NCBI GenBank assembly: GCA_964016885.1
Contig: OZ024745.1
Span: 93,000,001 to 93,064,000, forward strand
DNA length: 64,000 nt
Source: Eledone cirrhosa
Taxonomy: Eukaryota
Reading direction: 5' to 3'
Shown here: positions 49,767-61,940 of the stretch, piece by piece
Layout: each line of letters begins with the position of its first letter
Position numbering within the stretch: the first letter of the stretch is position 1
Translations under genes and position numbers: made by a program
The notes under the pieces: generated by a model
What the model saw: the letters and a program-made list of their open reading frames with translations, nothing else
The model's database searches: none
Told to the model about the DNA's origin: nothing

Positions 49767-49886
49767 TTGATCTTAACCAAAAGACAGTCTCATGTGGAAT
49801 CAGTGTGACACTTAGTAACAAGACTATGAATTTTACTGATATAGTTCATCTGGTATTATCTATCGTACCCAGAGTAGAAACAAGTA

Positions 49887-50522
49887 TCTATATATATAAA
49901 ACTGAGGATGTCTGTCTGTGTGTCTGTGAGTTTGAATCCCTAAAACTCGAGAAGTACCCAACCGATGTTTTTCAAACTTTACATGTGGATTTCTTATGTT
50001 TCAGGGAGTGTTATGTACATAAAATTCAACTTTTTGATCCCCTAGGGCCTGCATTAGGTGAAAAACTGCGTTTTTCCAGCTTTTTAGGGGGTTTTTGAAG
50101 CGTTACGTCAGACCGATTTCCTTGAAATTGTAACTATGTATTAGTCAGTCTGTTCTTCATACCGTGAGCAAAGAAAATCCAACTTTTTTTATGGCCTAGG
50201 GCCCGCATTAGGGGAAAAACTTCATTTTTTCAGCTTTTTAGGGTTTTTTTGAGGCCTTACGTCTAGCCGATTTTTCCTAAATTTCAAGGTATATTATGCA
50301 CATAAAAAAAATTCATTTTCTTGATCCCCTAGGACCCGCATTAGGTGAACACCTGCATTTTTCCTGCTTCATCGAGGAAAATCTTAGATTATCCCGCCAT
50401 CAGAGTATTCGGTTTATTTTCTTTACATATTGTCCAGGCATGCACTTTTTCCACGATTAGGTCTGTTGGCGATCCGTGTTCCAAAATACCTTATCCCGTG
50501 CAACGCCGGATACCACTACTAG
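49887..50522 (+). mobile_element. Non-autonomous Helitron
   Basis: 5' TC (tctatatatataaaa), 3' hairpin tatcccgtgcaacgccggata (50492-50512), terminal CTAG; inserted between A and T with no TSD; 2-3 internal diverged repeats. Confidence 0.85.
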
Positions 50523-50607
50523 TACTATATAATTTCTATCTACCTAAAGCAAGAGGCGACACAGTGGATTATGAAACAAACTTCTTAACCACTCAGTCTT
50601 GCCTGCA

Positions 50608-50995
50608 TCCATCATCATTCAACGTCCATTTTTCCACGCTAGCATGGGTTAGGCAATTTGTCCAGTTGTGAGCCAAGCCAGATCAGATGATCTTGTCTTG
50701 CTCACACTGGACCAATATTTTGGCTTGGTTTCTACAGCTTGATACCCTTCCTAATGTGAACTACATTTACAGTGTGTACTGGATACTTTTTATCATGGTA
50801 CCAAAACAAATACTTTATAGTGTGAACTGGGTACTTTTTACAAAACAATCACATTACAGTGTGGACTGGGTGCATTTTGTCATGACACCTACATGATCAC
50901 TTTACAGTGTGTACTGGGTTCTTTTTATCGTGGCAGCAAAACAACTACTTTACAATGTGGACTGGGTGCATTTTGTCATGACACCTACACAACCA
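50608..50995 (-). mobile_element. RTE 3' UTR fragment with ~4-5 copies of the 48-bp unit
   Basis: catcattcaacgtccatttttccacgctagcatgggtt tail plus repeated tacagtgtggactgggtgcattttgtcatgacacctaca. Confidence 0.8.
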
Positions 50996-52003
50996 TATAT
51001 ATACACATGGTACTGAACTTCAAGGTGGAGATGACAAAGGACTATGATAATTAATGATATGAGTGTTTGTGATTACCCACCTACAAGTATAAGTAAGACC
51101 CCATCCCCCCATACATCCCTATTAACTCCATTCTTTCTCTATTTCTTCTGTACTATTTGCTACAACCCTTATATTTCTCTCCTCCCCCCTCATCTACCTA
51201 TTGTTCCTTTGAGCCACAACAACCATATAGTTGGATATGACATTTGGCCCATCCATACTCAGCACTTTATTACTCTTCTCAGTCTAAAGTCAATCTTGCA
51301 AAATGGGGATATTTAAAGGATGGGGACGTTGTGTATAACTGCGGCATCAAACTACAGACTACGCAGCACCCCTGATATTCCCCCTGCTGGAACAACCCTG
51401 CACAGCATTGGACTTGGCAGAGTTTAATGAGAAAGGACAGCAATGTGTTCAGCTGTGCTGGAACCATATCTAGCCAAGCTTTGTAACTGACACTCTTGTG
51501 GACACGACAAGAAGACTATTCTCATCATGACTGTACCCCCCCCCACTCTTTCCTACATTACTCCCTCCATTTCCTTGACATCCCTCTTTCATCCTAGTGT
51601 ACTTTTCATACATCTTAGTTCCATCTTATCTACCTACCCTCCATCCTATTCTCACTTTTAAACATGTTTATCTTGGAACAAAGCAACCTCCTTAGTGTTG
51701 GTTCCTCTGTAAAATGCATTCGCTACTCTTTGAGAAGTAATGGACATTCAGTTGGTAACAACATAGGGCATGGAAAGCTCTTTAGTGAAGTCAACAACCT
51801 AACACCAAGAAACTTGTTGCCCATATGTTGTCCGGGAAGACTTAGGAAAATTGAGGAAATATGTTTTTAGTCAATTTTACCCATATCAGAAGAATTAGAT
51901 GTTACAGTTTATCTATATTGCAGCTGCTATCAAAAAGCAAAACATATTTTCAAATTTTCTCAATGTTTTATAAACAAAAACATTGTTTACATTTTTAGCT
52001 TAA

Positions 52004-52093
52004 CCCTTTACCATTTACATTACTCTATATTTACTATTATAATATCCTGTGAAAATATAATAGTAAATATAGAGTAATGTAAATGCTAAAGGG
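52004..52093. mobile_element. Palindromic piggyBac-type MITE
   Basis: TTAA-ccctttaccatttacattactctatatttactattata ... tataatagtaaatatagagtaatgtaaatgctaaaggg-TTAA. Confidence 0.8.
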
Positions 52094-52096
52094 TTA

Positions 52097-52358
52097 ATTA
52101 GTTTATTGTTTTATGATCATTTCAGAAGGTTGATTGATCATGGTAAATTGATATATTGACTAATAGATAGTGATTATGTCACCACCTATTTCTAGTCACG
52201 ATATACAAGATCCATATTGATTCTGTGTAAGATGGTGAGATAGTTCTAGGATATCGAGGCTAGAAATAGATGGTGACATAACCACTCTTTATTAGTCAAT
52301 ATATCGATTTATCATGATCAATCAGCCCTCTGAAATGATCGTAAAACATTGAACTAAT
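52097..52358. mobile_element. Fold-back/MITE with ~108-bp inverted arms
   Basis: 52097-52205 is approximately the reverse complement of 52251-52358. Confidence 0.8.
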
Positions 52359-52444
52359 AAAGAATCTATCTTTGCCTTTTGTTTTATTTTCATTGTTTAA
52401 AACACACACACACAAACACATATATACATATTTATATATATACT

Positions 52445-55400
52445 ACGGAATTCTGGAGAGTTGAAAAGAAAAATCTGGACGCTCAGTGACAATGCCAAAG
52501 ATAAAGACAAATTCACTTCATGGACAAGAATGCAAGGACTCCTCCTCTTTGTTTCGGCCGCGGATGGCTAACATAACCCCCCCCCCCTCCAAACGCAATC
52601 CAAAACTTCAGAGTTGGTACCATGAATGTAGGCTCCTTAAAGGGTCGCTCTAACAAGGTTGTAGAAATGCTTGAACGTAAGGAGGTCGATTTTTGTTGTA
52701 TTCAAGAGACCAGGTGGAGGGGTGGGTTTGCTAGATTCATCGTAGGTAAAGAACGATGCTATAAGCTTTTCTGGGTGGGAAATGACAATGGGCTGGGTAG
52801 AGTAGGAATCATGGTAGCAGAAAAGTGGGCAGATAAGATAATAGACGTAAATAGAGTGAACGACAGAATAATTAAAATAAGACTTGTCCTCAATAGAACT
52901 ACGGTGACACTAATATCTGCGTACGCACCCCAATCCGGACTGCCCGGCACTATAAAAGACAGAATCTATGAGACACTGATGCTCACTACCTCCCAAATAA
53001 CTGACAGTGACTATATAATTATTGCTGGCGACCTAAATGGTCACGTTGGACAACATTGTGACGGCTATGACGGAATCCATGGAGGCTATGGGTTTGGTAC
53101 TAGAAATGAGGAAGGCTCCAGAATCCTGGAATTCTGTGACGCAAATAACCTAACTATCTGTAACACAAACTTCAAAAAACGAGACAATCACTTGATCACC
53201 TATAGATCGGGGGAACACACAAGCCAGGTAGATTATATCCTTACCAGAAGACGTGACAGAGTGTCTGTTGTAAACACTAAATCCCTCCCCCATGAAGAAT
53301 GCACCTCCCAACATAGACTCATAATTAGCGACCTCATAGTCAGGACGAGATGTATTCGACAACAGAAGAGGACTATCCTCAGGAGAAAAATATGGAAATT
53401 AAAGGACCCCACAGCCATTCATAAATTTAAAAGCATATTACTTGATGCTTTTGATAGTAAGGAAGAGCAATTAGAGTCGTACACTATAGAGGAACAGTGG
53501 GAATTCCTGAAAGCTAACCTGCTGAAGGCGACAGATGAAACCTGTGGCTGGAGCAGGCCTATAGGCACGAGGAGAGTAACTTGGTGGTGGAACAGTAAGG
53601 TGGAGAGGTCAATCAAGGCCAAAAAGCAGGCTTGGAAAGCATGGCGGGATGGGGGAAGTAGAGAAGACTATCAAGTGGCCAGGAGGGAAGCTAGGAGACA
53701 AGTGTACTTCGCAAAAAGGGAAGCAGAGGAGAGAAAGTTCAAGCATGTTCTACAACGCGAGGACCATAAACGTGAGGTGTTCAGGATTGCTAGGCAATGT
53801 GTCAAGGAAAACAGTGATATTGTCAGGGAGAAGTGTGTCCTAAATGATGATGGTGTACTTGCCATCACTGACGCTGATAAGAAGGTAGCTTGTAAGTGTC
53901 ACTACGAAAGGCTACTAAATGAGGAGAATAATTGGGAGAAAGACAGTCTCCCCCACATTGACCCAATAGATGGACCAGCAGTGCTAGTTGAAGGTAGTAT
54001 AATAAGTAAGGCGATCAAAGACATGAAGACGGGCAAGGCGGCCGGGCCTTCGGAAATAGTTGCCGAAATGCTGAAAGCATCTGGAACGGTGGGACACACT
54101 ATGGTCACCCAGATAGTAAACCAAGTCATACAGAATGAGGTCGTTCCGGCGGACTGGCGCAGCAGCATCATCATTAACTGCTACAAGGGTAAAGGTGATG
54201 CCCTAGATAGGGGAAACTATAGAGGCATTAAATTAATTGACCAGGTCATGAAGGTCACAGAAAAAGTAATAGCGCAACTAATCAGAGAGCGAATTGATCT
54301 AGACAAAATGCAGTTCAGGTTTGTGTCAGGAAAAAGTACAACAGACGCTCTTTTCATTGTATGACAACTACAGGAGAAGTACCTAGCTAAAAGTAAACCC
54401 CTATACTTAGCTTTTGTTGACTTGGAGAAAGCCTTTGACAGAGTACCCTTAGAAAACTAGGTGTTGATGAATGGCTTGTGAGAGCTATACAAGCCATGTA
54501 TAAAGAAACAGTCAGCAAGGTTAGAATTAACAACGAATATAGTGAAGAGTTTAGCGTAAAAGTTGGTGTTCATCAGGGCTCCGTCCTTAGCCCCCTACTA
54601 TTTATTATTGCCCTTCAGGCTATAACAGAGGAATTCAAGACTGGCTGCCCATGGGAACTCCTATATGCAGATGATCTAACGCTCGTAGCTGAATCAATGG
54701 CTGAACTAGAGAAGAAATTCCAAACATGGAAGCATGGCCTAGAATCAAAAGGCCTTAAAGTTAACTTGTCTAAGACTAAAGTTCTAGTTTGTAGGAAGGA
54801 AAATAGGGCACCAGTCCCATCTGGGAAATGGCCATGCTCAGTGTGTAGGAAAGGAGTAGGTAGAAACTCCATTTTATGTCCCAAATGCAAAGTATGGGTA
54901 CATAAAAGATGTAGTGGGATCACAGGTAAGCTAACTAAGAATATAGATTTTACATGTGGCCGGTGCTCTGGTGCAATAAGTAGCAGCAAGTGCCCACAGA
55001 ATACTAACTCATTCCATTGCACAGATGGTTCTATAGAAATAGTGGACAGCTTCCGTTACCTCGGTGATAAAATCAGCAGTGGGGGAGGGTGCTCTGAAAG
55101 TACAGTAGCTAGAGTCAGAACGGGATGGAAAAAGTTCAGAGAGCTTATACCACTATTGGCCGCTAAAGGGTTCTCTCTAAAAATGAAAGGCAGGCTGTAT
55201 GATGCCTGCATACGAACAGCAATGTTACATGGCAGTGAGACCTGGGCATTGTGTGCAGAGGATATACTTATACTGGAGAGAAACGAAGCTTGCATGCTCC
55301 ACTGGATGTGTAATAGTAATATACGTGAACGGCAAAGCATAAATGAACTAAGGGAGAAATTAGAAATAAGAGGGATCAGATGTTGTTTACTTGAGAGAAG

Positions 55401-55998
55401 ACTACGTTGCTATGGTCACGTGATGCACATGAAAGACGACAGCTGTATAAAAAAGTGCAGGGCAATAAAAATAGACGGTAGCCACGGAGTAGGCAGACCC
55501 AGAAAAACCTGGGACGACATGATAAATTCCGACCTCACACACTTACACCTCTCCAAGACAATGTCACTGGACCAAGAACTTTGGCGCTACACAGTAATAG
55601 AGAAGACCCGCCTTACCTAATTACAAAGTGAAACCTACTATAGTCAGTAGGCACCTCTAACAAAATGCACCCCCGTCCCACTACCCACACCCTATCCACA
55701 CCACCCCTTTCAATGTAAAGTTACGTTGGTGTCACAACATCCAGCCCGAAACAAATGAGGTCGTGTAGGTTTCACGACAAAAAACACACAGTCCACGCTG
55801 TAATGTGGCCGTGTAGGTAACACGGTAAAAACCTCCCAGTTCCACACTGTAAATGTCGTTGGTGTTAGGAAGGGCATCCAGCCGTAGAAAACCAGCCAGA
55901 CAGTCCTATGCGAGCAAGACAACCACTCTTGCCTCAAGTGGAAAACTCCCGTCCAAACCCATGCAAGCGTGGAATATGGACGTTAAACGATGATGATG
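52445..55998 (+). mobile_element. Near-full-length RTE-clade LINE
   Basis: Single APE+RT ORF, 3' UTR, (GAT)n tail followed by (GATA)n; preceded by a TA/CA tract. Confidence 0.97.
52577..55620 (+). pseudogene. RTE APE endonuclease-reverse transcriptase, inactivated
   Basis: APE motifs (RVGTMNV, IQETRW, SAYAPQ, AGDLNGHVG, QVDYIL, SQHRL); RT (NYRGIKL, HQGSVLSPLLF, YADD 54664-54675); C4HC3 finger 54835-54966; TGA at 54362 and a ~22-bp deletion near 54448 relative to the 1598-3468 copy. Confidence 0.95.
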
Positions 55999-56025
55999 GA
56001 GATGGATAGATAGATAGATAGATAG

Positions 56026-57088
56026 ATATTTAATACAATAACAGAGATAGTTTAAAGCTAAACTCTGACTGGTAACCATCTCACTCAACAAACATTAGGT
56101 TATATTTAAATATAAACCCAATTTAAGTGTTTGGGGTGCTAACAATATGTATAATGTGGACAAACCAGTTGTATTATTTTATGAGATATAATTAAAGTTA
56201 AAGTATATCTCTCTTTCCAAACAATTGTATCATTATAAGTTTTCTACAAGTTGGGAGAATATTTCCAGTTTATGTAGAAGCCTAATATATATTCATGTAA
56301 GAATATATTTAGATGGGTGCTTATAAATCATCAGTGGAAGCCCAATAAACTTTGATATAAGAAATAAATTCTTACCGCAGTCAAAAATCGTGTCTGCTAA
56401 GTTGCTCCTTCTCGCCTCGAATGACTGCCAAATTTGAAATTCCAGCAGTTTTTGACTGAGGAAGTATCATAGCGACACGAAGCGGGAAGGGGAGACAACT
56501 ACGATCCACGAAAGGAGGAAAAAATAATATACATGTGGGTTAATTAGTTTTTTCGAAAACATTATCAATCCAACGTGTTAAGAACTCAATTGAAAGTAAA
56601 AAAATAAATATATGCTTGTAATTACACACGCATATAGATATTTTCTTAGGCTAAAATCAGAAGTTGTACCCGAATAAGAACCGCATCTCATAACCGCAGT
56701 AAATACAGAGAGTTATGCTTTAAAGGGCAAATGGGAATATAATTCTCCGGCCGAATTAAGAGTAAAATATAAAACACACGCGGGTTAATTAGTTATTTCA
56801 AAACTAATATTAATTCCTCGTGTAAAGAACTCAATTAATTAAAGAAAATAAATGTATGCATGTAATTATATACATAGGCATATATATATTTTCTTAGGCT
56901 AAAAATAAGAGAAGTTACAACCCCAAAAAACCACAACATTTCACAACAGTAATAAATACGGAAAGTCAAATTCATAAGGTACCTGGAAATAAACACCTCT
57001 GGCCAATCAAGAGTAAATATTTAATACAATAACAGAGATAGTTTAAAGCTAAACTCTGACTGGTAACCATCTCACTCAACAAACATTA
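56026..57088. mobile_element. Unclassified ~1.06-kb element with identical 72-bp direct terminal repeats
   Basis: 56026-56097 = 57017-57088; two diverged ~245-bp internal repeats (~56530-56770, ~56775-57016). Confidence 0.6.
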
Positions 57089-57249
57089 TATATATATATA
57101 TATAAAATGTATGTATGTATGACTCTGTAGCTCAATTAGAATCTTTGATGGAACCTTATGTAATGAAAGCCTACTGCAAAAACTATAGCTCTCGCTACAT
57201 GATCTTGATGAAATCATCTCGTCAAGACTGCATGGAGAGAAAGAGAGAA

Positions 57250-57425
57250 TGCACCCAGTACAGTTTGTAAAGTGGTTGGCATTAGGAGGGGCATTTAGCT
57301 GTCATCATGCCAAAAATGAGATATATGTGCAAACCTTGTGTGAGATCCCACCCCTGACATCTTTAGTCTTGGACCCCGACAACCCATCCAACTCATGTAG
57401 GCATTGAAAGTGGACATAAACAATA
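57250..57425 (+). mobile_element. SINE/RTE-type 3' tail fragment
   Basis: cacccagtacagtttgtaaagtggttggcattaggaggggcat..ggacataaa, related to the RTE 3' UTR. Confidence 0.6.
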
Positions 57426-57434
57426 TATATATAT

Positions 57435-57800
57435 CGTCATCCTTTGATGTCTTCACTCGTGGCAGATTGGGCACTAACATGGCTTAGTCGCTTTCAAAGT
57501 TCCCTATTTTGTGTGGCTTCATTTAATTTATATAAATTTAGACCAGATCTTTTATAGACATTGTCTTGCCAGCATCTCAATGATCTACCTCTATTTCTTT
57601 TACCCTGAATCATACCCTTCATACATGTTTTAGAAAAATCTCTTTGTGAATGAATTACGTGACCAAAGAGCTTCAGTATTTGCCTTTTGGTGATGTACAT
57701 TATAGGAACTAGTTTGTACATTATAGCAGCTTCTAGTAGATCCAAAATGTTTATATGGTCAAGTAGTTTGTGGTTTGTCATGGATCTCATAATTGAAAGG
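57435..57800 (-). mobile_element. Degenerate 3' fragment of a second RTE family (BovB-like C-terminus)
   Basis: LKLFGHVIH..MKGMIQGKRNRGRSLRCWQDNV. Confidence 0.7.
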
Positions 57801-57963
57801 TCTTGATTTTAGTAATCATGGATGGTGTCCAGTTCACATATTCATGACTATATATTGTTTTCTGTATCCAATGAAAGGATCAGTACTGTTGGTCCCATGC
57901 CTATTCTTTGAAACCTAAGGCAGTGTGATAAATGTTTCATGTATGAATTATTATATATATATA

Positions 57964-58615
57964 TCATCATCATCACTGTTTAACGTCCATTCTTCCATGC
58001 TGGCATGAATTAGACAAGTTATCTTGTTGTGAGCAATGCCAGGTCAGGTGACTATGTCTTGATCATACAGAACTGATTTTGGCTTGGTTTTTACAGCTGG
58101 ATGCCCTTCCTAGCATCAACCTCATTTTCAGTGAGTACTGGGTACTTTTTGTTGTGATGCCTACACGACCACTCTACAGTGTGGACTGGGTACTTTTTGT
58201 TGTGATGCCTACACGACCACTCTACAGTGTGGACTGGGTACTTTTTGTTGTGACGCCTACACGATCACTCTACAGTGTGGACTGGGTACTTTTTGTTGTG
58301 ACGCCTACATGACCACTCTACAGTGTGGATTGGGTACTTTTTGTCATGATGCCTACAGGACCACTCTACAGAGTGGACTGGGTACTTTTGTCATGACGTC
58401 TACAGGACCACTCTACAGTGTGGACTGGGTACTTTTTGTCATGACGCCTACAGGACCACTCTACAGTGTGGACTGGGTACTTTTTGTCGTGAAACTTACA
58501 CAACCACTTTACAGCGAGTGCTGGGTTCTTTTCGTTGTGACGCCTACACGGCCACTTTACAGTGTGGACTGGGTGCTTTTTTGTCGTGGCACCTACATGA
58601 CCACTTTACAGTGTG
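57964..58615 (-). mobile_element. RTE 3' UTR with an expanded 48-bp VNTR (~10 units, 58129-58615)
   Basis: (GAT)n tail plus tandem cagtgtggactgggtactttttgttgtgacgcctacacgaccactcta. Confidence 0.88.
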
Positions 58616-58804
58616 ACTTATGTGTATGTGTGTTATGTCTGGTATTCTTGAGCACTCTTCAGTGCACTCAACCAGGTGGAATTTTACAACTGTATCTTTA
58701 GTTGTGTGAATAATATACAACTGATTAGACAGGTAGAAAATGAGAGAAAGAAATGGAAATCAACTCTGTCAGGGGGAATTACTCATAATGATTTTTATTT
58801 TCAC

Positions 58805-59045
58805 ATATCATCATTATCATCACCATTACCATCATTATCATCATCATCATCATCATCATCATCTTATCTGTTCTTCCATGGCTTGCATGAGTTATCTAAT
58901 TTCTTTGTCATCTCTTTTGTGAGGTTCAATAACCTGAGATCTGCTTTCATTGCTTCTACCCAAGTCTTCCTCAGCCTACCTCTCCCACATTTTCCTTCCA
59001 CTTGGAACACCCAACTATCATCATACATGTCCACACCAATACAAT
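58805..59045 (-). mobile_element. RTE C-terminal fragment with (GAT)n tail
   Basis: VEGKCGRGRLRKTWVEAMKADLRLLNL. Confidence 0.7.
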
Positions 59046-59647
59046 CTATATATAAGAAAGAGAGAGAGTATATATAGTTCACTGATAAATTACTCACTAA
59101 TGGCTTCTTTCATATGTCTATATGTATGTATGTGTTTATTTATATATATATATATATGTGTGTGTGTGTGCATATATATATATATATATGTATATATATA
59201 CACACACGCCCATACATGCACATATACATACACACATATTGTGAGTAATTTAGGTGTGTTGGATCCTGTTTACTTTTGTCTTTTTGCTTTATTAAACATT
59301 ATATATATATATATATATATATGAGTGTGTGTGTATTCACACACACACACCTATTGTGAGTGACTATTTTAGATATGATGGATCTTGTTTATTTTTCTCT
59401 TTTTGTTCTATTAAACATAATATCGATTCTCTATTTACAACAGACTGGGTTTTATTGTTGTTTAGTGAAATAAGCTTGGTTAGATCTCTTATTGCTGTGT
59501 ATTACTGGTATGTATCACTTCATATGAAGTGATAGGAAAATACAACCTTAGATTTATTGATACTCTATCTAAAAAGGTCCAGTTTAAATTTGATGAAGCA
59601 GTTATTCCTGTACACTACCATTTATTATTGTTGTTGTTATTATTATT

Positions 59648-60160
59648 GATTGGCAGTATTGGTAAAGGGTCAGACACCATGCTCTGCAGCATAGAGTTTT
59701 GACCCATTACAATCTGAGTTCAAATTCCGCCAAGGTTAACTTAGCCTTTCATCCTAACAGGGTCAATAAAATAAAGTACCAGTAATGCACTAGGGTAATT
59801 GCTGGCCTTGTGCCAAAAGTAGAAACAATTATTATTGATGGTGGGTGATTGGCAGTGTCGTTAGAGCATCAGATATGCTTTGCAGCATGGAGTTATGGCC
59901 CTTTACGTGCTGAGTTCAAATCCTGCCGAGGTTAGCTTTGCTTTTCATCCTTACAAGGTTGATAAAATAAAGTACCAGTAATGCACTGGGGTTGAGTTAA
60001 TCAATTTGCCTCTCTTCCAAAACTGCTGACATTTATTGGCAGTATTGGTTGAGAGTCGGACGCCATGCTTTGTAGTATAGAGTTACGGGGTCGATAAAAT
60101 AAAGTACCAGTAATGTACTGAGTAATTGCTGGCCTTGTGCCAAAAGTAGAAACAATTATT
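59648..60160 (+). mobile_element. Three tandem tRNA-derived SINE copies (third internally deleted)
   Basis: A-box tggcagtattgg, B-box gagttcaaattcc (59716-59728), central gcctttcatcct..ggtcgataaaataaagtacc; copies at ~59648, 59840 and 60037. Confidence 0.85.
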
Positions 60161-60345
60161 ATAATTGTTTCTACGTTTGGCACAAGGCCAGCAATTACCC
60201 AGTGCATTACTGGTACTTTATTTTATCGACCCCCGTAAGGATGAAAGGCAAAGTTAACCTCGGCGGGATTTGAACTCAGACCGTAAAAGGACGTAACTCT
60301 GCTGGAAAGCATGGCATCCGACCCTCTACCAATACTGCTAATCTA
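60161..60345 (-). mobile_element. Same SINE in inverted orientation; its head runs into the 27-bp array
   Basis: Reverse complement of the 59648 copy, B-box at ~60265-60277. Confidence 0.88.
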
Positions 60346-61791
60346 CCACCCTCTACCAATACTGCCAATCCACCACCCTCTACCAATACTACCAATCCAC
60401 CACCCTCTACCAATACTGCCAATCCACCGCCCTCCACCACCCTCTACCAATACTGCCAATCCACCACCCTCTACCAATCCTGCCAATCCACCACCCTCTA
60501 CCAATACTACCAATCCACCGCCCTCTACCAATCCTGCCAATCCACCGCCCTCTACCAATCCTACCAATCCACCACCCTCTACCAATACTACCAATCCACC
60601 ACCCTCTACCAATCCTACCAATCTACCACCCTCTACCAATACTGCCAATCCACCGCCCTCCACCACCCTCTACCAATCCTACCAATCCACCACCCTCTAC
60701 CAATCCTGCCAATCCACCACCCTCTACCAATCCTGCCAATCCACCGCCCTCTACCAATCCTACCAATCTACCACCCTCTACCAATGCTACCAATCCACCA
60801 CCCTCTACCAATCCTACCAATCTACCACCCTCTACCAATACTACCAATCCACCACCCTCTACCAATCCTACCAATCCACCACCCTCTACCAATACTGCCA
60901 ATCCACCACCCTCCACCACCCTCTACCAATACTGCCAATCCACCACCCTCCACCACCCTCTACCAATACTGCCAATCCACCACCCTCTACCAATACTGCC
61001 AATCCACCACCCTACACCACCCTCTACCAATACTGCCAATCCACCACCCTCTACCAATACTGCCAATCCACCACCCTCTACCAATACTGCCAATCCACCG
61101 CCCTCTACCAATACTACCAATCCACCGCCCTCTACCAATACTACCAATCCACCACCCTCTACCAATACTGCCAATCCACCACCCTCTACCAATCCTACCA
61201 ATCCACCACCCTCTACCAATACTGCCAATCCACCGTCCTCTACCAATACTGCCAATCCACCACCCTCTACCAATACTGCCAATCCACCGCCCTCTACCAA
61301 TCCTACCAATCCACCACCCTCTACCAATACTGCCAATCCACCACCCTCTACCACCCTCTACCAATACTGCCAATCCACCGCCCTCCACCACCCTCTACCA
61401 ATACTGCCAATCCACCACCCTCTACCAATACTGCCAATCCACCGCCCTCTACCAATACTGCCAATCCACCGCCCTCTACCAATACTGCCAATCCACCGCC
61501 CTCTACCAATACTGCCAATCCACCGCCCTCTACCAATACTGCCAATCCACCGCCCTCTACCAATACTGCCAATCCACCACCCTCTACCAATACTGCCAAT
61601 CCACCACCCTCTACCAATACTGCCAATCCACCGCCCTCTACCAATACTGCCAATCCACCGCCCTCTACCAATACTGCCAATCCACCACCCTCTACCAATA
61701 CTGCCAATCCACCACCCTCCACCACCCTCTACCAATACTGCCAATCCACCACCCTCCACCACCCTCTACCAATACTGCCAATCCACCACCC
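60321..61791. repeat. 27-bp minisatellite (~50 units) derived from the SINE A-box head
   Basis: Unit ccaccctctaccaatactgccaatcca with occasional 10-bp ccaccctcca inserts. Confidence 0.97.
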
Positions 61792-61807
61792 AGAAACAAT
61801 TATTGTA

Positions 61808-61940
61808 ATGAAAGGCAAAGTTAACCATGGCAGGATTTGAACTTTGTTCTGAGTTCAAATTCTGCCAAGGTTAGCTTTGCCTTTCATCCTATAAAGTTGT
61901 TGATAAAATAAAGTACCAGTAATGCACTAGAGTCAATTTA
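61808..61940. mobile_element. SINE fragments forming a fold-back across the B-box
   Basis: atgaaaggcaaagttaaccatggcaggatttgaact / agttcaaattctgccaaggttagctttgcctttcat. Confidence 0.8.

Noticed and set aside
52759-55340. Antisense ORFs over the RTE (also 2265-2930, 4168-4641)
   Set aside because: Shadow frames of the RT coding strand.
59648-59730. tRNA gene
   Set aside because: A/B boxes are present but there is no cloverleaf; it continues into a repeated SINE body.
60311-61840. 509-aa Pro/Thr-rich ORF and overlapping ORFs
   Set aside because: The 27-bp unit is stop-free in several frames and derives from a SINE head.
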